Virus record (IMG/VR): IMGVR_UViG_3300008107_000166
Span: 1 to 35,909 of that record
Length of the DNA stretch: 35,909 nucleotides
DNA from: a virus
Lineage: Duplodnaviria > Caudoviricetes
Reading direction: 5' to 3' (one strand)
Shown: positions 26,286-33,218 of the stretch, piece by piece
Numbering within the stretch: the stretch's first letter is position 1
Layout of the letters: the number at the start of each line of letters is the position of its first letter
Program-made: the position numbers and the translations under genes
Notes under the pieces: generated by a model
What the model saw: the letters and a program-made list of their open reading frames with translations, nothing else
Told to the model about the DNA's origin: nothing
Database searches by the model: none

Positions 26286-26570
26286 ATGTACACCTTTGAA
26301 ACCCAAATCTACGCCCTCGGCGTTTACTGGCAGGCCGAGGTCGAATACAACCTTGACGCAGGCGTTGATGTCACCGACGTCTGGCTGCTCGGCTGCTACC
26401 CAGAGGGCTGCGAGTCCACCCGCGCCGTTGATCGCAACGATTACGACCCGTACCGCGTTCGCGCCGACATCGGCTATTTCTCGGACGCCGAGTATCAGGA
26501 AATCCTGCGCCGCTGCGAACTTGATTTCGCGAAGCAACGCGCCATTGCCGAGGAAGCAATGTATGAATAA
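26286..26570 (+). CDS. Acidic early hypothetical protein (94 aa)
   Basis: First gene after the early promoter; strong SD. Confidence 0.8.
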   Translation: MYTFETQIYALGVYWQAEVEYNLDAGVDVTDVWLLGCYPEGCESTRAVDRNDYDPYRVRADIGYFSDAEYQEILRRCELDFAKQRAIAEEAMYE

Positions 26571-26685
26571 GCAGCCATCCCTTTGGCCTGTTGCCATCCT
26601 GCTCATCGTGATCTACGCGCTCGCCTGCATTGTCGAACCGTGTGACGGACACAGTTGTGACGCGGAGGTGGTCGATGGACGCTGA
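26563..26685 (+). CDS. Small single-pass membrane protein (40 aa)
   Basis: Translates MNKQPSLWPVAILLIVIYALACIVEPCDGHSCDAEVVDGR; overlaps the upstream stop. Confidence 0.6.
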   Translation: MNKQPSLWPVAILLIVIYALACIVEPCDGHSCDAEVVDGR

Positions 26686-26815
26686 ACCGTGGGGCAACGA
26701 TGACGCTTCTTGGTGGCACCAGTTGGATTTGGAAATGCAGGAGCGTGAGGAAGAAGAACGCATTGACGCCTGCAATAGCGCATTGGCCGAACTGAAGGAA
26801 TACAACCATGAGTGA
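26675..26815 (+). CDS. Small acidic protein (46 aa)
   Basis: SD GGAGG; translates MDAEPWGNDDASWWHQLDLEMQEREEEERID... Confidence 0.7.
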   Translation: MDAEPWGNDDASWWHQLDLEMQEREEEERIDACNSALAELKEYNHE

Positions 26816-27329
26816 ACTGTTAAAGATCAACGTCAACGATCACACCGAGCGCAAAGGCAACCTGACGTACCTTTCATGGGCGTGGGCATGGGCCGAGGTG
26901 TTGAAGATTGACCCGGCTGCCCGTTACACGGTGCATGAGTGGGCCGACATGCCGGTGTGCTACCTGCGCAACGGCACCGCGATGGTCAAGGTCAGCGTTG
27001 AAATCAAGGGCGACATCAAGACTTGCCTGCTGCCGGTGATGGACAACCGTAACCGCAGCATTGCTGACCCCGACTCGTTTGCGGTTAACACCGCGATCAT
27101 GCGTTGCCTGACCAAGTGCATCGCCCTTTTTGGGTTGGGGCTGTACATATTTGCCGGTGAGGATTTGCCCGAGGGGGGCGAGAAGCCCGAACCAGACCCC
27201 GAGGTGCTGGCACAGATTGCTGCGTGCGCTGACGTTGCCGCCCTGACCGCGCTGTTTAAGTCGCTGCCGGTGGATGCCCGCCAGTTGCACATGGACGCTT
27301 TCACGACCCGTAAGAAGGAGTTGACATGA
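26808..27329 (+). CDS. sak: Sak / Rad52-like single-strand annealing protein (DUF1071-type, 173 aa)
   Basis: LTYLSWAWAW, LPVMDNRN, NTAIMRCLTKCIALFGLGLYIFAGEDLP. Confidence 0.9.
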   Translation: MSELLKINVNDHTERKGNLTYLSWAWAWAEVLKIDPAARYTVHEWADMPVCYLRNGTAMVKVSVEIKGDIKTCLLPVMDNRNRSIADPDSFAVNTAIMRCLTKCIALFGLGLYIFAGEDLPEGGEKPEPDPEVLAQIAACADVAALTALFKSLPVDARQLHMDAFTTRKKELT

Positions 27330-27679
27330 ACGCTTTATTCAACAAAGCAGTTGTTATTTTGCAAGCCATGCCCGCCGTCAAGTTTGTAATTGTGTTGCCT
27401 GACGGCACAACGATTACGCAGGGCGATTTGCAGTTAGAAAAAGCAAAACAGAGAACCCGCAATTTGAAGTACCCAATAGGGAGCGTATGCCAGTATTACA
27501 AGCCATACGTTGCAGATTTGCAGGTAGGGCAAATGGTTGAAATTCCTTTTGACAAATTTGACCCCGAACCTTTGCGAAGCGGTATCGCCTCTTATTGCAG
27601 CAAACTGTGGGGCAACGGTTCTGCGATGACCGCAATAAACCGTGGCAAACAATGCGTTGAATTGTTGAGGATTGTTTGA
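27326..27679 (+). CDS. Hypothetical protein (117 aa)
   Basis: Coupled at both ends; more AT-rich than its neighbours. Confidence 0.72.
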   Translation: MNALFNKAVVILQAMPAVKFVIVLPDGTTITQGDLQLEKAKQRTRNLKYPIGSVCQYYKPYVADLQVGQMVEIPFDKFDPEPLRSGIASYCSKLWGNGSAMTAINRGKQCVELLRIV

Positions 27680-28290
27680 TGGAGCAGCGCACCGACGATT
27701 GGTATGCCGCCCGGCTCGGCAAGGTCACAGCCTCCCGCGTGGCTGACGTGATCGCCAAGACCAAGACCGGCTACAGCGCGTCACGCGAAAACTACATGGC
27801 CGACCTAATCGTGGAACGGTTGACCGGCCAGAAGGCCAGCACGTTCACGAACGCGGCAATGGAGCGTGGCGTAGAGCAAGAGCCACACGCTCGGGCCGCC
27901 TATAGCGCCCGTACAGGCGAGTTAGTCGAGGAGGTGGGCTTTATTGACCACCCGGCCATACCGATGGCTGGTGCGTCCCCAGACGGGCTGGTAGCCGAGG
28001 GATTGGTGGAGTTCAAATGCCCCAACACGTCCACCCACCTCGACACGCTGCTGGCCGATGAGGTGCCAACCAAGTACGTCACCCAGATGCAGTGGCAAAT
28101 GGCTTGCACCGGGCGACCGTGGTGCGATTTTGTTTCGTTTGATGATCGGCTGCCAGCGCATCTGCAGATGTTTGTTAAGCGCGTGCAGCGTGACGACAAG
28201 CGCATTGCGGAACTGGAAACCGAGGTTCGTAAATTTTTGGCTGAAGTTGACGAGAAAGTAACCAAACTACAGGAGTTAGACCGTGAATGA
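27679..28290 (+). CDS. YqaJ / lambda-exonuclease family exonuclease (203 aa)
   Basis: WYAARLGKVTAS, GASPDGL, EFKCP, YVTQMQWQM, WCDFVSFD. Confidence 0.94.
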   Translation: MEQRTDDWYAARLGKVTASRVADVIAKTKTGYSASRENYMADLIVERLTGQKASTFTNAAMERGVEQEPHARAAYSARTGELVEEVGFIDHPAIPMAGASPDGLVAEGLVEFKCPNTSTHLDTLLADEVPTKYVTQMQWQMACTGRPWCDFVSFDDRLPAHLQMFVKRVQRDDKRIAELETEVRKFLAEVDEKVTKLQELDRE

Positions 28291-28549
28291 AGGTAACTAC
28301 GACCCGAACATGAAGGGCGTGCTGTTCAAGAATGACAAGCAAGGCAACGACAAGCGCCCCGATTATCGCGGGTCATGCGTGATCGACAACGTGGACATGA
28401 ATATTTCGGCGTGGATCAAGGCGAGCAAAAAAACCGGCGACAAGTTCATGTCGTTGAAGTTTGAGGCCAAGCGTGCAGCGCCGCCTAAGCCGAAAGCCGC
28501 CCCCACCATGACCGAGGGAAATTGGGATGACCTTGACACCCCCTTTTGA
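28283..28549 (+). CDS. Single-stranded DNA-binding protein-like (88 aa)
   Basis: LFKNDK...PDYRG...ISAW...FMSL with an acidic DDLDTPF tail. Confidence 0.8.
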   Translation: MNEGNYDPNMKGVLFKNDKQGNDKRPDYRGSCVIDNVDMNISAWIKASKKTGDKFMSLKFEAKRAAPPKPKAAPTMTEGNWDDLDTPF

Positions 28550-29210
28550 ATGGCCCGTCTTTATTGGCTTCGACAGCCGTGAGGATATTGCCTATCGCGT
28601 TGCGCGGCGCTCGCTTGAGCGTCACGCACGCAACCCCCTGTACGTCCAGCCGATAGAGCAACGCTATCTGAGAGCGACCGGGGTGTTTTGGCGGCCCGAT
28701 GACCCAACGGCCTCAACCGAGTTTAGTTTTACCCGGTTTTTGGTGCCGTATTTGTGCGACTTTGAGGGTTGGGCGATCTTTTTTGACTGCGATTTTTTGG
28801 TTCGCGGCGATCTGACGCAACTTGGAAAGTACATTGATGACAGCAAAGCAGTGTTTTGCGTACACCACGACTACCGCCCGCCCGAAACGGTCAAAATGGA
28901 CGGCAAGGCGCAGCATCAGTACCCACGCAAAAATTGGTCGTCATTTATGCTCATCAACTGCGGCCATCCATCATCACGCAAGTTGACACCAGAACTTGTC
29001 AGCACCGCAAGCGGCAAGTATTTGCACCAGTTTGAGTGGTGCGCCGATAGCGAGATTGGCGAATTGCCGATGACGTACAACTACCTTGAGGGTTGGCACA
29101 CCAAAGAGCAGGAACCCAACCCGGTGTGCGTACACATGACCCGTGGCGGCCCGTGGTTTGCCGGCTACGAGAACGTTGAATATGCAGATGAGTGGCGGGC
29201 CTACACTTGA
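28527..29210 (+). CDS. GT-A fold glycosyltransferase, plant CDI-like (227 aa)
   Basis: VFIGFDSRE, STEFSFTRFLVPYL, DxD in FFDCDFL, YPRKNWSS, YLHQFEW, HMTRGGPWF. Confidence 0.88.
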   Translation: MTLTPPFEWPVFIGFDSREDIAYRVARRSLERHARNPLYVQPIEQRYLRATGVFWRPDDPTASTEFSFTRFLVPYLCDFEGWAIFFDCDFLVRGDLTQLGKYIDDSKAVFCVHHDYRPPETVKMDGKAQHQYPRKNWSSFMLINCGHPSSRKLTPELVSTASGKYLHQFEWCADSEIGELPMTYNYLEGWHTKEQEPNPVCVHMTRGGPWFAGYENVEYADEWRAYT

Positions 29211-29614
29211 AGCGCATATTTCCAACTGGCACGCCTGTCGAGCAGGTGCTGAAGGCTGTGGAGGTCATGTACCGCAGCCTCCCGCAGAAACCCTTTGCGG
29301 TGACCGTGGAGGTATGGAAGAAGCCGCGCACCAACCAGCAAAACGCTTACCTGTGGGGCGTTGTTTACCCCGCCGTTATTGAGGGCGGTGGGGAGGCGCT
29401 AGGCGGTTGGACGCGGGATGATTTACACGACTATTTTCTGGGCGAGTGCTTTGGCTGGGAGACGTTGGAAGGCTTTGGGCGTAAGCGACTGCGGCCGCTC
29501 AAGCGATCCTCCACGCTGAACAAACAAGAATTCACCGACTACCTGATGTTCATAGAAGCCAAGTGCGCCGAAATGGGCATCGTGATACCACAACCTTACG
29601 AGGGCGAAACATGA
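29192..29614 (+). CDS. ninB: NinB-like recombination protein (true start possibly TTG 29207)
   Basis: RTNQQNAYLWG...SSTLNKQEFTDYLMFIEA...G. Confidence 0.78.
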   Translation: MAGLHLKRIFPTGTPVEQVLKAVEVMYRSLPQKPFAVTVEVWKKPRTNQQNAYLWGVVYPAVIEGGGEALGGWTRDDLHDYFLGECFGWETLEGFGRKRLRPLKRSSTLNKQEFTDYLMFIEAKCAEMGIVIPQPYEGET

Positions 29615-29961
29615 CACAGACAGAAATGCTTTTCGGCTCCACACTTGGTCAAATCTTGCGCGATGAAGGCATGGCGCAGGTGCAGGACAATGCGGGCGAG
29701 TGGCGTGATTTGACACGCCAGCGTGCCGATGAATGGATTAACTCTATGCCAGCGGGCACGGTATTTACGGGCGAGGATATACGCCTTGACCTGCAGGACG
29801 CAGGGTTGGAAGAACCGCACCACCCGAACGCATGGAGCGCCGTAATTGGCGGGCGTATCCGCGTGTGGCTGCGGACTAACCGCATCCAGATGGACGGCTG
29901 GAAAACGGGCGCTGACCCCAAGGCGCACGCCCGTCGCATGATTGCGTACCGGGTCGTATGA
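29611..29961 (+). CDS. Hypothetical protein (116 aa)
   Basis: ATGA-coupled; FTGEDIR...PHHPNAWSA motif. Confidence 0.75.
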   Translation: MTQTEMLFGSTLGQILRDEGMAQVQDNAGEWRDLTRQRADEWINSMPAGTVFTGEDIRLDLQDAGLEEPHHPNAWSAVIGGRIRVWLRTNRIQMDGWKTGADPKAHARRMIAYRVV

Positions 29962-30242
29962 GCCTGCGCAAAGAGGCCAAGGGGCGTGGTTGCATGGTGC
30001 GACTGCCCAACATCTGCAACTTCAACAGCGAAACGGTGGTGCTGGCACACGTCCGCATTGCAGGCGTCAGCGGCATGGGGCTGAAGGCACCCGATCTGCT
30101 TGGCGCGTGGGCGTGTAGCGCCTGCCACGACGCCATCGACCGCCGATCACACGCTGATCTTGATCGTGACTATGTGCGGCTCGCACACTTTGAAGGAATG
30201 GCACGCACCATCATGCAATTGCACAAGGAGGGGCTGATATGA
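29958..30242 (+). CDS. DUF1364 / YbcO-like Zn-binding putative nuclease (94 aa)
   Basis: LRKEAKGRGCMVRLPNIC...TVVLAH...GMGLK...AWACSACHDAID. Confidence 0.9.
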   Translation: MSLRKEAKGRGCMVRLPNICNFNSETVVLAHVRIAGVSGMGLKAPDLLGAWACSACHDAIDRRSHADLDRDYVRLAHFEGMARTIMQLHKEGLI

Positions 30243-30466
30243 CCCGCGACGACATCATCCACATGGCGAGAAAGGCCAATCTGCATGAACGCACTAAGGT
30301 TTTCAATGGATACATTGTAAATATCCCAAACCTAGAAAACCTTGAACGCTTCGCCGCCCTCGTTGCCGCCGCCGAGCGGGAGGCGTGTGCGAAGGCGTGT
30401 GATGGGTGGATGCATGCCAATGGAAATGATTGTGCCGCCGCGATTCGGGCGAGGGGGGAGGTATGA
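30239..30466 (+). CDS. Small nin-region protein, LERFAALVAAAERE family (75 aa)
   Basis: MTRDDII...LERFAALVAAAEREACAKAC...CAAAIRARG. Confidence 0.8.
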   Translation: MTRDDIIHMARKANLHERTKVFNGYIVNIPNLENLERFAALVAAAEREACAKACDGWMHANGNDCAAAIRARGEV

Positions 30467-30602
30467 TTTGCGACGACATCATCAAACTGGCGCTAGAGGC
30501 AGGATTTTGCAAAGACTCTAACGGCATATATTCCCGCCGCGCCGTCACGCCAGATAGCGATTTGCTTCCTTCGCTTGAACGCTTCGCCGCCCTCGTTGCC
30601 GC
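30341..30602 (+). repeat. 29-bp exact direct repeat shared by two adjacent paralogs
   Basis: cttgaacgcttcgccgccctcgttgccgc at 30341-30369 and 30574-30602. Confidence 0.9.
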
Positions 30603-30720
30603 AGCCGAGTGTGAGAAAGTCGCCCGGTGGATGATCCGCAACGGTTACGCCACGGGCCACGGTGACACCACTGAGGATTTGCTTGACGAGTTGGAATGGC
30701 AAATCGCGGAGCGCAAATGA
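30463..30720 (+). CDS. Paralogous small nin-region protein (85 aa)
   Basis: ATGA-coupled; MICDDII...LERFAALVAAAE...GYATGHGDTTEDLL. Confidence 0.78.
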   Translation: MICDDIIKLALEAGFCKDSNGIYSRRAVTPDSDLLPSLERFAALVAAAECEKVARWMIRNGYATGHGDTTEDLLDELEWQIAERK

Positions 30721-31268
30721 ACTTTTGGGCAGACACGCCATACACCACTGCCTATGTGCGCAACGAGTTCCTGTACGACCAGCAGAAAGGGCATGGCGAA
30801 TACACGCTCTGCACCGTGTTCGGCTTTCGCGCTGAACCTATGCGCGTGCCGATGTTCCAAATCATGCTGGAAAACGGCGCACAGTGGGCGCGTATCCCGA
30901 TCCATGCGCTGTGCAGCAAACCCTGCGACCCGCTACCGCTACGGCTGTGCGTTTGGTGGGACTCGTTCAGCCGCAACTGTCAGGTCAAGGAGGTGTCGTT
31001 TTTGCGTAACCACCGGGTCAAGGCAATTGGCCGTGACGGGGTGCAGGGCGGCGGAGCGTACCTGTTCACGGTATTCTGGTGCGACGGCGGTTGGAGTGAG
31101 GTGCCTGATCAGTCCAAAGACCACCACATCATCGCGTTAGACGACGGCCAATGGATTGCCTACCCCAACAATCGGTTGTTGTGGGTAGACCCGTCGTGGA
31201 TCAGCGGGGAGGTGCCGAGGGACTGGCACTCCCCCTCAACCAACTACACCGTGGAGGGTATGCCATGA
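30717..31268 (+). CDS. Trp/Cys/His-rich hypothetical protein (183 aa)
   Basis: ATGA-coupled; YVRNEFLYD...GHGEY, PIHAL, KDHHIIALDDGQWIAYPNNR. Confidence 0.8.
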   Translation: MNFWADTPYTTAYVRNEFLYDQQKGHGEYTLCTVFGFRAEPMRVPMFQIMLENGAQWARIPIHALCSKPCDPLPLRLCVWWDSFSRNCQVKEVSFLRNHRVKAIGRDGVQGGGAYLFTVFWCDGGWSEVPDQSKDHHIIALDDGQWIAYPNNRLLWVDPSWISGEVPRDWHSPSTNYTVEGMP

Positions 31269-31372
31269 AAGCGTTTATAAGGCGATTACGGCGGATTTGG
31301 ACGACAGACTGGCGTCATGTGCCGCCCCCAAATTGGGCCGCTAAAAGGGGTTCTGGGCAAATTTACTGGTGA
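31265..31372 (+). CDS. Small cationic peptide (35 aa)
   Basis: ATGA-coupled, SD GGAGG; translates MKAFIRRLRRIWTTDWRHVPPPNWAAKRGSGQIYW. Confidence 0.55.
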   Translation: MKAFIRRLRRIWTTDWRHVPPPNWAAKRGSGQIYW

Positions 31373-31443
31373 CGGGTCGTCTAAAGGTAGGACAACGGAC
31401 CTTGACTCCGTTTATCTAGGTTCGATCCCTAGCCCGTCAGCCA
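31370..31443 (+). tRNA. tRNA-Gln (anticodon UUG) with encoded CCA and atypical C33
   Basis: Acceptor stem TGACGGG/CCCGTCA, discriminator G, CCA; anticodon arm ACGGA-CCTTGAC-TCCGT; T arm CTAGG-TTCGATC-CCTAG; U1-A72 typical of Gln. Confidence 0.88.
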
Positions 31444-31919
31444 CCTAAAAACATGGCCCGTTCGTCGTTGCGACGTTTAACGAGGCCCGTTAAGACCTTG
31501 CCGGCAGCCTTTGTCCACATGAGGAAGGCATCGGCTGCGCCCTCAATGTCGCCTCGGTTGTAGCGCATCCGTATGCTGCTGCGCTGGAGGTTGCCGAGGC
31601 CGACGTTGAAGGCGAAACTCACCAAAGCGTCGAATTGGCCTTGATGACCAAGAGCAGCAGGGCAAAGTCGGGCCACGCCACGCTCAAACCGCGCAAGGTC
31701 TTGAGCCAAAATAGCGTCAACTTCGTCCATAGTGAGGCTGCGATCCCAGCCTGCGGGTATCGGTAGACTCTTGCGTTCCTCATATTTCACCGCCGCGTGT
31801 GAGGGGTCAATAACGTGGCCGACGCCGACGCTCCAAATTAATGCCGGACATTGGTAAGGCCGCGTCTTGACGCCCTCGTGGCATTTTATGGTTTTAATGG
31901 CAGCGGCGGAGACTTTCAC
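31437..31919 (-). CDS. Endolysin, GH24 phage lysozyme (160 aa, GTG start)
   Basis: HEGVKTRPYQCPALIWSVGVGH, QFDALVSFAFNVG, GLVKRRNDE. Confidence 0.93.
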   Translation of the reverse strand: MKVSAAAIKTIKCHEGVKTRPYQCPALIWSVGVGHVIDPSHAAVKYEERKSLPIPAGWDRSLTMDEVDAILAQDLARFERGVARLCPAALGHQGQFDALVSFAFNVGLGNLQRSSIRMRYNRGDIEGAADAFLMWTKAAGKVLTGLVKRRNDERAMFLGG

Positions 31920-32401
31920 TTTTTGCCAAAAGCCTGCGTACCGAACCAAAACGCAATAATTGAAGACAGGATCAGCATCTCGTCATCTGAGAAAACATTC
32001 TCCATCGCAATAGCAAACGGGATACCAGTTGTGTAGGCGTACCAAACCCCGGCCACATTGAGCGCGACCAACTCCAGCACAAAGATGTACGTCACAACCG
32101 GGCGCACACTGGCCCGCAGGTTAATCATCCACTGGCTCGCACCCTTGCCGATCTCAATGTCGTGGGCGTAAAGAGCCTGACGCTCTTCACCTGCGGTCTG
32201 CGTCTGGATTTGCTCCAGTTTGATTTCCTCGACCCGTGCCTGTGCAATAAAGCCACGTTCTGCGAGGGCCAGTTCACGCTCACGCTGCGCTGCGACTAAG
32301 GCAAGTTCGTGCTTTTTGTCCTGCCGGTCTTGGAAGATTTGCAGAATCTTGGGAAGCCCACCCGCAAGGAACGACAGAAAGGTGCTAATCATCGTCATCA
32401 T
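31916..32401 (-). CDS. Putative holin (GTA 3-TM holin-like, 161 aa)
   Basis: Three hydrophobic segments; LRASVRPVVTY and FWFG motifs; directly upstream of the endolysin. Confidence 0.72.
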   Translation of the reverse strand: MMTMISTFLSFLAGGLPKILQIFQDRQDKKHELALVAAQRERELALAERGFIAQARVEEIKLEQIQTQTAGEERQALYAHDIEIGKGASQWMINLRASVRPVVTYIFVLELVALNVAGVWYAYTTGIPFAIAMENVFSDDEMLILSSIIAFWFGTQAFGKK

Positions 32402-32655
32402 TTGCCGCGCTCCTCTATCAACTTAACTCGCATTTGCAAATCATAAATCTTATCTAGCAGTTCTTCTTTCTGTTTCTGCCGAGTGGCAGCACTAATCGGA
32501 CTATCGGTAGGTACACCCTCCGGCGTAATCAGGGCGGGCATTTTGCCTTCGATAGCAATCAGACGATTATTGAACGATGCAATTTCCGTGAGCAACCAGC
32601 CGACAGCGGCCAACAGCACCGGGAACAACATATCCACAATCTTCTGCATGTTCAC
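32398..32655 (-). CDS. Membrane-anchored coiled-coil protein in the lysis region (85 aa)
   Basis: N-terminal TM (LFPVLLAAVGWLL) and C-terminal heptads. Confidence 0.72.
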   Translation of the reverse strand: MNMQKIVDMLFPVLLAAVGWLLTEIASFNNRLIAIEGKMPALITPEGVPTDSPISAATRQKQKEELLDKIYDLQMRVKLIEERGK

Positions 32656-32846
32656 TTCTGCAATGCCTCCACCAGCATCATTGCCATCGAACCCAACGCG
32701 CCGACCAGCACCAGAATGACCGCGCCTCCGACTGAGATCACGAGTCTCTCCAGACGCTTTAAACGGGCATGGATCGCTTCGTACCGTACCGCACAGACAT
32801 CAATGTGGCTGGTTACGGTCACTTCCAGTTCTTGCACGGTGGTCAT
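32652..32846 (-). CDS. Small membrane protein with coiled coil and TM (64 aa)
   Basis: HIDVCAVRYEAIHARLKRLE followed by a TM segment. Confidence 0.75.
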   Translation of the reverse strand: MTTVQELEVTVTSHIDVCAVRYEAIHARLKRLERLVISVGGAVILVLVGALGSMAMMLVEALQK

Positions 32847-32995
32847 TGCTTTACTTCATCCGGCACAGGCACCTGCGGGTCAGCCTGTTCCTTGATCTTG
32901 ACCATCAGCGGCCAAGCCCCGGTCTTGCTAGGCAGGTCGCCAAGCAGCGAGAGGATGAAGTTCACTTCGTTGATGTCGAGGTCTAGTTTGATCAC
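32843..32995 (-). CDS. Small fibre-associated protein (50 aa; not in ORF track)
   Basis: GTG start; translates MIKLDLDINEVNFILSLLGDLPSKTGAWPLMVKIKEQADPQVPVPDEVKQ; overlapping start/stop at both ends. Confidence 0.75.
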   Translation of the reverse strand: MIKLDLDINEVNFILSLLGDLPSKTGAWPLMVKIKEQADPQVPVPDEVKQ

Positions 32996-33207
32996 TTGGC
33001 GGCATCCTGTAGCGGCTTGAGGTCTTCGTTCGTCCAGAAGTCCTTGGCAAGCATGATCTCAAGGTGTTCCTTGTTGCGCTTCACGCAATCGGCCCAGTCC
33101 TCGTCGCTCATGCCTTCCGGCTTACCGGCGTTCAACAGGTTTACCGAATCCATCGCCGCGCTGTAATGACGGGCAATTTCTTCAGCGGTGGGTTTGTTGT
33201 CTTCCAT
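32992..33207 (-). CDS. Small protein downstream of the tail fibre, possible fibre chaperone (71 aa)
   Basis: SD AAGGAG; HYSAAMDSVNLL...RNKEHLEIMLAKDFW. Confidence 0.78.
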   Translation of the reverse strand: MEDNKPTAEEIARHYSAAMDSVNLLNAGKPEGMSDEDWADCVKRNKEHLEIMLAKDFWTNEDLKPLQDAAK

Positions 33208-33218
33208 TGTTAGGCTCC

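Noticed and set aside
23029-29210. DNA hypermodification pathway built from the glycosyltransferases and methyltransferase
   Set aside because: No hydroxymethylase, TET/JBP dioxygenase, nucleotide kinase or polymerase is present to create an acceptor base, and the methyltransferase lacks DNA-MTase motifs. Kept only as a minor alternative.
31370-31443. tRNA as an attP site of a temperate phage
   Set aside because: No integrase is recognisable, and the tRNA is complete, not a 3' fragment.
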